A stretch of 33,168 nt of DNA, taken from a bacterium (GTDB taxonomy: Bacteria > UBA9089 > CG2-30-40-21 > SBAY01). The notes under the pieces are model-generated. The model saw only the letters and a list, made by a program, of their open reading frames with translations, made no database searches and was not told where the DNA came from. The translations under genes were made by a program, and so were the position numbers. The stretch lies in the NCBI GenBank assembly GCA_040757115.1, contig JBFLYA010000014.1, positions 1 to 33,168 of the forward strand, in the 5' to 3' direction. Positions 7,888-16,578 of the stretch are shown piece by piece. Positions within the stretch are counted from its first letter, which is position 1, and each line of letters starts with the position of its first letter.

Positions 7888-8976
7888 CTATGTCTTCTCT
7901 GTTCCTCTGCGTCTCTGCGGTAAATTACCCCCTGAACGGTTGAAGATTTCCAATAACTGAAGATAAACCTCTTTTGGTGTGATAAATACCCCGCCGGGTT
8001 TGCCATAAAAGTGGACAGGTATTTTGCCTTCGACGGCTAATTTCACATCCTCAACCATTTGTCCTAAATTCAACTCAACCACTAAAAAAGATTCTGGAGT
8101 GGTTTGTTGGATAACTTGTGTGGGAAATGGGTAGAGGGTAATTGGTCTAATCAGACCGGCTTTTATTCCTTGTTTGCGGACTCGGTTTATTGCCTCTTTG
8201 CAAATTCTGGCGACCACTCCAAAGGCAACAACGATTATTTGGGCATCTTCAATTTCATAAGTTTCATAATCTACTTCTTTTTGCATCTCTTGATATTTTT
8301 GGTGTAGTTTCCAATTATGAGCCTCTAAATTTTTAGGGTCAATATATAGTGATTTGATGGTATTTGGTGGTCTATTTTTTGCCCCGGTTAAAGTCCAGGT
8401 TTTAGGTGGGAGGTTAACCTTTTTAATTGGTTTTAATTCAACTGGTTCAATCATTTGTCCTAATAATCCATCGGTTAAAATCATTGTTGGATTACGGTAT
8501 TTATCCGCTAAATCAAATGCCTTTTGAGTTAAATCAACTGCTGACTGAATAGAATCCGGGGCTAAAACAATCAAGTGATAATCTCCATGTCCGCCGCCTT
8601 TGGTTGCTTGAAAGTAATCGGATTGAGACGGTGCAATATTTCCCAGTCCAGGTCCTCCACGAGAGACATTGACAATCACTCCTGGCAATTCACATCCCGC
8701 CATATATGAGAGACATTCTTGTTTCAGGCTAATACCCGGGCTTGAGGAAGAGGTCATTGCACGAGCACCGGTGCACGCCGCACCAAAAACCATATTTATT
8801 GCCGCTATTTCACTCTCTGCCTGTAAAAATACCTTGCCTTCCTGTGGTAGCCTTTTCGCCATATGGGCGATTAATTCATTTTGTGGGGTAATGGGATAAC
8901 CAAAGTAACATTCACATCCAGCTAATATCGCCGCCTCAGCGATGGCTTCATTCCCGGTCATTAATATCTTACTCAT
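7888..8976 (-). CDS. vorB: 2-oxoacid:ferredoxin oxidoreductase alpha subunit (VorB type)
   Basis: GNEAIAEAA, YFGYPITPQNE, QAESEIAAINM, TSSSSPGISLKQE, RGGPGLGNIAPSQSDY; last ~16 codons run into a repeat element. Confidence 0.9.
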   Translation of the reverse strand: MSKILMTGNEAIAEAAILAGCECYFGYPITPQNELIAHMAKRLPQEGKVFLQAESEIAAINMVFGAACTGARAMTSSSSPGISLKQECLSYMAGCELPGVIVNVSRGGPGLGNIAPSQSDYFQATKGGGHGDYHLIVLAPDSIQSAVDLTQKAFDLADKYRNPTMILTDGLLGQMIEPVELKPIKKVNLPPKTWTLTGAKNRPPNTIKSLYIDPKNLEAHNWKLHQKYQEMQKEVDYETYEIEDAQIIVVAFGVVARICKEAINRVRKQGIKAGLIRPITLYPFPTQVIQQTTPESFLVVELNLGQMVEDVKLAVEGKIPVHFYGKPGGVFITPKEVYLQLLEIFNRSGGNLPQRRRGTEKT

Positions 8977-9176
8977 TTATACACCTCAATGGCTATATCC
9001 GGACAGATAATAGCACATAATTTACACCCATTACATTTATCAGAAGGGATAAAATATGCTGGATGAAGACCTGCCTGGTTTAATTCATCACTCATCGCAA
9101 TTAAATTATGCGGGCATACTGTTGTGCATAACTCACAACCTTTACATCTGTTACTATCAATTATTATTTTACCCAT
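8973..9176 (-). CDS. 2x[4Fe-4S] ferredoxin (oxidoreductase delta-like subunit)
   Basis: CKGCELCTTVCP and CNGCKLCAIICP; 4-bp overlap with vorB. Confidence 0.93.
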   Translation of the reverse strand: MGKIIIDSNRCKGCELCTTVCPHNLIAMSDELNQAGLHPAYFIPSDKCNGCKLCAIICPDIAIEVYK

Positions 9177-9228
9177 TGATTTTGCCTTTGGGGGTCAGAC
9201 TTTTCTAATTTCCAGTTTCCAATTAATT

Positions 9229-9386
9229 GTAAGCGTTCAGCCATCAGGTATCAGCAATCAGTTAACATCCAGGAAATCAGGATAGTAACAAATCCTACAA
9301 TTTTGCGTAAAGGGTGTCTATGTGTCTGGTAGTCTATGTAACCCAGACACTTAGACACCCAGATACCAGACTACCTGAACGGTTAC
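9229..9386. mobile_element. GTAAGCGTTCAG...CTGAACGGTTAC element with different interior and 8-bp TSD
   Basis: Flanked by AATTAATT on both sides (9221-9228, 9387-9394). Confidence 0.85.
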
Positions 9387-9388
9387 AA

Positions 9389-10390
9389 TTAATTTACCAG
9401 ACAAGATGCTGGCACGACCTCAATCCCATACTCTTTTAATTTAGGCACCATTTCTACTAATGCCTCTGCCGTCGCGTCTTTAATCGCATGTCCTATGCCA
9501 ATTGCATACCCCTTCTGCTTAGCTCGATAAATAAGTTCATTTATTTGCTCTTTCACATATTCTGTATCGTTAATATTATCTAAGAAAACAGTGCGTTGAT
9601 TGGTCGGGACACCTTTTCTTTTTGCCAATTTATATGCCACAGACCGACCAGTCGTTACACTATCAATAAAGTAAAGATTTTTTGTTTTAACCTTGTCTAA
9701 GACATAAGTCATTGTTACCTCATCTGCCGTGGCTTTAGAACCCATATGGTTATTTATCCCTACAACATGAGGGATGTCATTTATTGCCCCCTCAAGATTT
9801 CTTGCTATCTCTTCTTGAGACATACCAATCAGAACAGCATATTTATAGGGCTTCATATTGTGGCCAGCTTCGCATAATTTATCCTCTTTGGTCATCCTTG
9901 AATTACCACAATTTTCCATTGGCATATGGAGCATTACTTCCATCCCTTTTTCATAACACTGATTAGCAATTTGTCTTGAATATTTTAGTCCTGGCAAAAT
10001 ACTGAAGGTTAAAGGAGCCTGTATGCCAAGTAACTTTTTTGCACAGCCATTCAGACTATATCCGGCATCATCAAGAATAATGGCTATTTTCGCTGTTCCT
10101 GTGCCTTTCCAGGCTCTTTTATCAACCAGAGAAGAATAATAAGGCAAAATTTTTTTTGTCCCTTCAGTTTTTTTTTCTTCTTTAGGTTTTGGGATTCTCG
10201 GCTTTTCAACCACTTTTTCCAGTTCTTTTTCTTCTAATCTTTTGGTTTCTTCTAACGCCATCCCTATCTCTTCTGAAGTTGGAATCTCCTTAGGAATCTG
10301 AAGATACGCTAATGCCATAGTAAAACCAAAGAAAGAGATACTTACGGCTAAAACTGTGATTATGCTGATGAGAAGACTATCTTTTTTCAT
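9389..10390 (-). CDS. Divergent polysaccharide deacetylase (YibQ family), membrane anchored
   Basis: IAIILDDAGY, LHMPME, GINNHMGS, FIDSVT, VFLDN, AIGIGH; N-terminal TM. Confidence 0.92.
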   Translation of the reverse strand: MKKDSLLISIITVLAVSISFFGFTMALAYLQIPKEIPTSEEIGMALEETKRLEEKELEKVVEKPRIPKPKEEKKTEGTKKILPYYSSLVDKRAWKGTGTAKIAIILDDAGYSLNGCAKKLLGIQAPLTFSILPGLKYSRQIANQCYEKGMEVMLHMPMENCGNSRMTKEDKLCEAGHNMKPYKYAVLIGMSQEEIARNLEGAINDIPHVVGINNHMGSKATADEVTMTYVLDKVKTKNLYFIDSVTTGRSVAYKLAKRKGVPTNQRTVFLDNINDTEYVKEQINELIYRAKQKGYAIGIGHAIKDATAEALVEMVPKLKEYGIEVVPASCLVN

Positions 10391-11016
10391 TCCAATTCCT
10401 CTTTCTTCTTTTCTCTGATTACTTCTGGTTCTGCCACTGCTTCTTCTTTTACTACTTCTACTTCTTCTTTAGGTGTGGAAATAGATAATACGATTGCCTC
10501 CGGGTCGGCTTTAAGTTCAATCCCTTTTTCTACAACTAAATCTTTCACATAAACTACTGCCCCTAATTCTAAATTAGTGACATCTACCGGAATGTTGTTT
10601 GGGATTTGTGTTGGGAGAGTGCTAATCTCTATATCCCACATAATTTGTTCTAAAATACCACCTTCTTGTACCCCTTTGGCACTCCCAATTATTTCTATTG
10701 GCACCCTGATGGTTAATTTTTCTTTTAATGATATTCTCAAAAAATCAGCATGCAATAAAAGATTTTTAAAGGGATGGTTTTGCCTTTCTTTTAAAATCAC
10801 CGTTTCTGTCGAAGCAGGTAATTTCAGGTTGATAAGCACATTTGCCCCTCCTTTATGGAGAATATGAATTAAATCTGCTGATTTAAACTCTATTGGAGTA
10901 ACTTCTTTTTTGCCTCCATAAACCACTCCCGGAACAAATCCTTTCTCTCTTAATCGACGACAATATTCTTTGCCTGACTCGCTTCTTGTGGTCGCTTCTA
11001 ATAGTACCTTTTCCAT
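10387..11016 (-). CDS. rplY: 50S ribosomal protein L25/Ctc
   Basis: RRLREKGFVPGVVYG, HADFLRI, GVQEGGILEQ; follows prs. Confidence 0.95.
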   Translation of the reverse strand: MEKVLLEATTRSESGKEYCRRLREKGFVPGVVYGGKKEVTPIEFKSADLIHILHKGGANVLINLKLPASTETVILKERQNHPFKNLLLHADFLRISLKEKLTIRVPIEIIGSAKGVQEGGILEQIMWDIEISTLPTQIPNNIPVDVTNLELGAVVYVKDLVVEKGIELKADPEAIVLSISTPKEEVEVVKEEAVAEPEVIREKKKEELE

Positions 11017-11067
11017 TTTTTTAAATACCCCCTTCTTATTTGTTAATTAGTTAAATAGTTACCAACA

Positions 11068-12015
11068 TTAAATAAATAAAGAGCTAACTGAGGATTCTTG
11101 ATGAGTTCTTGTTATTGCCTCACCTAAGAGTTTCGCTACAGAGAGCACTGTAATTTTATTAGTTTTTTCTGCTTTTTCTCTCAGAGGGATAGTATTGGTT
11201 ACCACCACCTCTTTAATCGGTGAATTATTAATTCGTTCAATTGCTGGGCCAGATAATACTGGATGAGTAGCACAGGCATATATATCTAATGCCCCCTTTT
11301 GTTTCAAGGCATTAGTTGCCTCGGTTAATGTGCCAGCGGTATCAATTATATCATCGAGGATAATTAAATTTTTATCCTCAACCTCACCAATAACATTCAT
11401 TACCTCAGCCTTATTTTTGGTTTGGCGTCGTTTATCAATAATAGCAATAGAGGCATTGAGTTTACTGGCAAGTGCTCGTACTCGCTCGACCCCACCAGGG
11501 TCAGGAGAAACTAAAACTAAATCTTTTATCTCCTTTTTCTTGAAATATTCGACGATGACTGGTGTGGCAAATAAATTATCAACAGGTATGTCAAAAAAAC
11601 CCTGTATCTGTCCAACATGAAGGTCAACGGTCAAAACCCTATCTGTGCCCGCAACGACAATGAGATTTGCAACTAACTTAGAACTAATTGGCACCCGTGG
11701 TTGAACCTTTCTATCCTGACGAGCATAGCCATAGTAAGGTATGACCGCAGTAATCCGTTTTGCCGATGACCGACTAAAGGCATCAATCATTATTAAAAGT
11801 TCCATTATATTTTGATTTCCTGGTGGAGAGGTAGGCTGAATAACAAAAACATCCTTTCCTCGAACATTTTCATTGATATGAACACAGGTCTCTCCATCGG
11901 CAAATGAACTTACTTCTATATCTCCAACAGGTATTTGCAAATAATCACATATTTCTCTGGCTAATTCTGGATTAGCATTCCCAGAAAATACTTGCATATC
12001 GTTAATTTGTGACAT
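11068..12015 (-). CDS. prs: Ribose-phosphate pyrophosphokinase
   Basis: FADGE, PYYGYARQDRK, VSPDPGGVERV, DDIIDTAGT. Confidence 0.98.
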   Translation of the reverse strand: MSQINDMQVFSGNANPELAREICDYLQIPVGDIEVSSFADGETCVHINENVRGKDVFVIQPTSPPGNQNIMELLIMIDAFSRSSAKRITAVIPYYGYARQDRKVQPRVPISSKLVANLIVVAGTDRVLTVDLHVGQIQGFFDIPVDNLFATPVIVEYFKKKEIKDLVLVSPDPGGVERVRALASKLNASIAIIDKRRQTKNKAEVMNVIGEVEDKNLIILDDIIDTAGTLTEATNALKQKGALDIYACATHPVLSGPAIERINNSPIKEVVVTNTIPLREKAEKTNKITVLSVAKLLGEAITRTHQESSVSSLFI

Positions 12016-12754
12016 TAGTTGCCTCCTTTATAATCTCTTCCACCCTTTTCAAGTCATCCTGTGTATTTATCCCTATTACCTCGATTGGGTCAGGTATTTG
12101 AAGGGTTATTATTTTTTCTCCCTGTTTTTTTAGAATTCCAACAACATCAGTTAGATAATATTCGCCTTGTTTATTATCCGCCGTTATCTTTTTTAGGGCA
12201 GAAAATAAATCCTTACTTTTAAAACAATAAGTTCCTGTATTAATTAAGTTAATTGCCTTTTCCTGCTCTGTAGCATCCTTTTCCTCAATAATTTCACATA
12301 CATTACCAGAGGCATCTGTTATTATTCTGCCATATCCAGTTGGGTCATCTATGGTTGTTGTAAGGATTGTTACTGTTGCATTAGATTGTTGATGAGTTTG
12401 AATTAACCTTTCAAGAGTGCTACTTTTTAGTAAAGGAGTATCTCCGCAAAGGACTAAGATATTCCCTTCAAAATCAGACAATATCTTTTCTGTTTGAGCA
12501 ACAGCATGTCCTGTCCCGAGTAACTCTTCTTGAACAACTATCTCTACCTTTTTATTTTTAACTAATTGGGCTACTTTTTCTTTTTGATGTCCAACAACAA
12601 TAATAATTCTTGCCGATAAAAAAAAGGAAAGAGTGTCCAGGACATATTCTATCATTGGCTTATGGCACAGTTTATGAAGCACCTTCGCCAAATCAGATTT
12701 CATCCTCTTTCCTAATCCTGCGGCTAAAATAATTATAGCAATTCTATTTCCCAT
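12002..12754 (-). CDS. glmU: GlmU-like N-acetylglucosamine-1-phosphate uridyltransferase, N-terminal domain only
   Basis: ILAAGLGKRMKS, QEELLGTGHAV, GDTPLL, GYGRII, QGEYYLTD; ends at 250 aa with no hexapeptide domain. Confidence 0.85.
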   Translation of the reverse strand: MGNRIAIIILAAGLGKRMKSDLAKVLHKLCHKPMIEYVLDTLSFFLSARIIIVVGHQKEKVAQLVKNKKVEIVVQEELLGTGHAVAQTEKILSDFEGNILVLCGDTPLLKSSTLERLIQTHQQSNATVTILTTTIDDPTGYGRIITDASGNVCEIIEEKDATEQEKAINLINTGTYCFKSKDLFSALKKITADNKQGEYYLTDVVGILKKQGEKIITLQIPDPIEVIGINTQDDLKRVEEIIKEATNVTN

Positions 12755-12770
12755 GAATTCTTTCTTTCGA

Positions 12771-12955
12771 GTAACTATTCACCACGAAGAGCACGAAGGG
12801 CAGGGAGATTGGACAAGACAAATCTTTTTATGCCTTCTTTCAATCTTTCCACATTGAAATTTATCAATACACCAACTTTGATATTTGCTAACTTTATTAG
12901 ATAATTCATCAAATTTTACTTCGTGCTCTCCGTGCCCTTCGTGGTGAATAGTTAC
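12771..12955. mobile_element. GTAACTATTCACC...GGTGAATAGTTAC element with internally deleted GxxExxY remnant
   Basis: Long TIR extending into CACGAAG repeats; minus strand encodes KFDELSNK and KLANIKVGVLINFNVERLKEGIKRFVL. Confidence 0.85.
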
Positions 12956-12967
12956 GCATTTTTTAGG

Positions 12968-13040
12968 CTGGGGTGGAAGGACTCGAACCTCCGAATGCGG
13001 GAGCCAAAGTCCCGTGCCTTACCAACTTGGCGACACCCCA
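12968..13040 (-). tRNA. tRNA-Gln (TTG)
   Basis: TGGGGTG/CACCCCA acceptor stem, CGGGA-CTTTGGC-TCCCG anticodon arm, GGTTCGAGTCC T arm; followed by CCT, so CCA is not fully encoded. Confidence 0.95.
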
Positions 13041-13113
13041 ATTAACAAAAAGTCAAGGTCGCGGTTAAGAAACACAGCAAAAAAACTCTCTTTTTCCTTA
13101 ACCTATCTCTTTA

Positions 13114-13365
13114 TTATGCCTGCTGGTATGCTTCTAATACCTTGTCTTGCAGTGTTTGTCTAAATTCAGCGCTAATTGGATGGGCAATATCTTTTAATGC
13201 CCCATCTTTTGTCAGTCTATTAGGCATAGCGATAAACATTTCCTCTTGCCCCTGAATGACTTTAATGTTATGCACCACAAATACATCGTCAAATGTTACT
13301 GATACCCACGCCTTTAATTTCGAGTCATTCTCTATTCGTTTAACCCGAATGTTAGTAATTTCCAT
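13114..13365 (-). CDS. spoVG: SpoVG family regulator
   Basis: MEITNIRV, SVTFDDVFVVHNIKVI, FIAMP, DIAHPI. Confidence 0.95.
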   Translation of the reverse strand: MEITNIRVKRIENDSKLKAWVSVTFDDVFVVHNIKVIQGQEEMFIAMPNRLTKDGALKDIAHPISAEFRQTLQDKVLEAYQQA

Positions 13366-13383
13366 TGATTCACCTCTTTAAGA

Positions 13384-13549
13384 GTAGTCAGTAGTCAGTA
13401 GTTAGTAGTCAGTAAAGAATAGTGCTAAGTCAAAATTATTTTTTGTAAGATGCCTCAACCTTAACCTGATAGTACCCATGAATTCAATCTTGAAGAGGCA
13501 ATAGTTATTTCCCTTTACTGACTACTGACTACTGACTACTGTTTACTGT
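13384..13549. repeat. Inverted (GTAGTCA)n / (TGACTAC)n 7-mer arrays
   Basis: About four units per side enclosing ~100 bp between ispE and spoVG. Confidence 0.85.
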
Positions 13550-14392
13550 TTATTGCATATTTTTTGTCACAAAGATTATCTCATCACCCCCCTTTAATTT
13601 ATCATAGATGTTAACTGCCTCTAACTGTGTTTTAACAATTCCAAAAATACTTGACCCACTACCTGACATAAGCGCTCCCAGAGCACCGAGATTAATGAGT
13701 TTTTCTTTTAATTTTTTAATCACCGGATATTGCAGGAGCACAATTTCTTCTAATGTATTGTAAAGCAAATTTGAAATTTGTTCTATATTACCTTCTTTAA
13801 CGACATCTAATATTATTTTACTCTTTATTGGCTCATTTGTCAACATAAAATTTACATTTTCATATACTTTAGCCGTAGAAATTTTTATTTTAGGCCAGAT
13901 TATAATCACCCAGAATTGTGGTAAAGGAGGTAGAGGAGTAAGGGTTGTCCCAATTCCTGTTGCATAAGATAATCCTTGGTTAATGATAAAGAAAGGGACA
14001 TCTGCCCCCAATTTAGAAGATAGGAGAATCATCTCGGTTTGACTCAATCCCAATGACCACAATTTATTCAAGCCAATTAATGTTGTTCCTGCATCAGAAC
14101 TGCCTCCACCTAAACCCGCTCCAATCGGGATATTTTTTTCAATCTTTATTTTTACTCCTTTTTTGACCTCTAATTCTTGTTTTAAAAGATTAGCCGCTTT
14201 ATAGGCTAAGTTTTCTACACCAGGAACCTCTGGACATTCTAACTCAATTCCGTCATCCTTGCTTTCTAAAATGATGGTATCGTATAATTCGACTTTTTGC
14301 AAGATAGTTTCTAATTCATGGTAACCATCCTGTCTTTTAGCGATGACATTTAAAAATAAATTTATCTTTGCGGGGGCTAATAGTTTTATCAT
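13550..14392 (-). CDS. ispE: 4-diphosphocytidyl-2-C-methyl-D-erythritol kinase
   Basis: APAKINLFL, DGYHEL, IPIGAGLGGGSSDA, LGADVPFF, MSGSGS. Confidence 0.97.
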   Translation of the reverse strand: MIKLLAPAKINLFLNVIAKRQDGYHELETILQKVELYDTIILESKDDGIELECPEVPGVENLAYKAANLLKQELEVKKGVKIKIEKNIPIGAGLGGGSSDAGTTLIGLNKLWSLGLSQTEMILLSSKLGADVPFFIINQGLSYATGIGTTLTPLPPLPQFWVIIIWPKIKISTAKVYENVNFMLTNEPIKSKIILDVVKEGNIEQISNLLYNTLEEIVLLQYPVIKKLKEKLINLGALGALMSGSGSSIFGIVKTQLEAVNIYDKLKGGDEIIFVTKNMQ

Positions 14393-14393
14393 T

Positions 14394-15713
14394 TTATAAC
14401 ATATATCTTCTTAATCTAATATTTAAAAGTATGCCTAAAGAAACCATAGTGATACAGAGTGAAGAGCCACCATAACTTACCAGAGGTAAGGTTAGACCGG
14501 TTACCGGCATTATACTCAGAGATATACCAACATTCATAAAGACCTGGACAGCAATCATAGTAATTATCCCCGAGGCTAATAAACAACCAAAATTATCCCT
14601 TGAAGAAAAGGCAATATAAATACCGCGGTAGATAATAATTAAAAAGAGCAATAAAGTAGTAATTACCCCGATAAATCCTAATTCTTCCCCAATAACTGAG
14701 AAGATGAAATCAGATTGACGCTCAGGTAAAAAACCCAGTTGACTTTGTGTCCCTCGAAAAATTCCTTTACCCAGTAGTCTACCGGAGCCTATGGCGATTT
14801 TAGATTGAATAATATTATACCCGGCGCTTAAAGGGTCAATCCCGGGGTCAATAAATACCACAAGTCGTTTTCTTTGATAATCCTTTAAAAAACCATTGGC
14901 AACTAACGAAACAAGAAGGCTGATACTGATGATTCCTAGTATTAACCCAAATTTATTAAAGGTAATACTCCTTCTAAATAATTTTGTCATATAATATATG
15001 GTTACTGTAAGTCCCGATAGACAAAGTAAAGAGATTAAAGTATGTTTAAATGAACTAATAGACCGATATAGAAAATGGATAACAGGTATTTTATGAACTA
15101 TCTGAAGTTGTTCCCAGCTTAAAAATAGGGTAAAAACCATAATTAAAATACTTATCGAGGTCAATGAAACTAAATAGATTGGTTTAGCCCCTGTGATGTA
15201 AAACATAACTAATACTACCGGGAAAAAAACTAATGTAGTTCCCACATCAGGCTGCATCAGAATAAGAAATATCGGTAAGGCAACTAATCCTATTGGATAG
15301 ATAAATTCTTCAATCGAGGTTAATCCTTCTCGTTTAGTCGAAAGGTATTCAGCCAGGATAATAATCGTGGCTAATTTAGCGAATTCTGCGGGTTGAAATG
15401 AAAAAGGACCTATAACTACCCAACTTCTTGCACAACGAATCAAAGGACCTCCCACCAATACAAATATTAATAAAACTATCACCAGAATATACAATATTCG
15501 CGAGTATTTACCTAATAGTTGATAATCAAATGAAACGGCAGCGGTTAACCCCAAAAGTCCTATTCCAAACCACATTGTTTGTTTGAGCCATAAGAAATTA
15601 GAGTCTGAGGATTGAGTAGCACTGTAAATCATAAGTATCCCCAGACAGACAATTAAAATCACACAACTAAAGATAATGTAATCAAACCCTTTTTTTAGAC
15701 TAAAATTAAGCAT
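14394..15713 (-). CDS. rodA: Rod shape-determining SEDS protein RodA
   Basis: QPAEFAK, QPDVGT, GYNIIQSKIAIGSG, SDFIFSVIGEELG, LPLVSYGGSS; downstream of mrdA. Confidence 0.95.
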   Translation of the reverse strand: MLNFSLKKGFDYIIFSCVILIVCLGILMIYSATQSSDSNFLWLKQTMWFGIGLLGLTAAVSFDYQLLGKYSRILYILVIVLLIFVLVGGPLIRCARSWVVIGPFSFQPAEFAKLATIIILAEYLSTKREGLTSIEEFIYPIGLVALPIFLILMQPDVGTTLVFFPVVLVMFYITGAKPIYLVSLTSISILIMVFTLFLSWEQLQIVHKIPVIHFLYRSISSFKHTLISLLCLSGLTVTIYYMTKLFRRSITFNKFGLILGIISISLLVSLVANGFLKDYQRKRLVVFIDPGIDPLSAGYNIIQSKIAIGSGRLLGKGIFRGTQSQLGFLPERQSDFIFSVIGEELGFIGVITTLLLFLIIIYRGIYIAFSSRDNFGCLLASGIITMIAVQVFMNVGISLSIMPVTGLTLPLVSYGGSSLCITMVSLGILLNIRLRRYML

Positions 15714-15715
15714 AG

Positions 15716-16506
15716 TTCTCCTGAAACTCGGGACTCGGGACTCGGGACTCGGGACTCGGGATTCGGGACTCGGGATTCGGGAAGAAAGAAACTCTCAGCA
15801 ATTCCCCCTTAATAAAGGGGGTTAGGGGGTTGTCCTTCTCCCATTTTCATTGCCCTTTGTGAGCCTTGGCTCATGTCCGTTTCCCCTGAAAATGTCTGTA
15901 AGTTATTGTAATTGCTTGACTTAGAAAACCACATTTTCATCGTCATTTGTGAGTCGCAGACTCATGACCGTTTCCCCTGAAAATAGGAAGTAGAAAGTAG
16001 AGAGTAGAAAGTAGAAAGTAAAGAAAACATCACTCCTCCCGCTTATCTCCTTACCTCCCACCTTCTATCTCCTACCACTATTTCCCCTGAAAATCGGGAC
16101 TCGGGACTCGGGATTCGGGAAGAAAGAAACTCTCATCAATTCTCCCTTAATAAAGGGGGTTAGGGGGTTGTCCTTCTCCCATTTTCATTGCCCTTTGTGA
16201 GCCTTGGCTCATGTCCGTTTCCCCTGAAAATAAGGAAGTAGAAAGTAGAGAGTAGAAAGTAGAAAGTAAGGAAAGACAAGCCTCTTCTTTCTCTCTCTAC
16301 CCTCTACTATTTTCATCGTCATTTGTGAGTCGCAGACTCATGACCGTTTCCCCTGAAAATAGGAAGTAGAAAGTAGAGAGTAGGAAGTAGAAAGTAAAGA
16401 AAAGATCACTCCTCACGCTTATCTCCTTACCTCCCACCTTCTATCTCCTATCTACTATTTTCATCTTCGTTTGTGCCCAGTCCCTGTGGGCATGAGCGTT
16501 TCTCCT
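15716..16506. repeat. Array of ~51-52 bp structured repeats (ATTTTCAT...CCTGAAAAT) separated by modular spacers
   Basis: Repeats at 15843-15893, 15933-15984, 16080-16094 (collapsed), 16181-16231, 16309-16360, 16457-16506 (divergent). Confidence 0.92.
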
Positions 16507-16578
16507 TTTTAAAGAAGGTTGAGTCACGGAAGGAGAAGTAATTTTTCTCTGCCGATTTCTTTCTTAACCCTTAACCGC

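Noticed and set aside
7600-7890. Cobalamin riboswitch upstream of cobN
   Set aside because: No B12-box motifs recognisable; the region is explained by repeat fragments, as are ORFs 7616-7834 and 7776-8006.
12956-13060. tRNA-Gln as prophage/island attachment site
   Set aside because: No integrase nearby and no duplicate of the tRNA 3' end seen in the window.
15843-16506. CRISPR array
   Set aside because: Repeats are 51-52 bp in alternating variants, spacers vary widely in length and are duplicated low-complexity modules, and no cas genes or leader are present.
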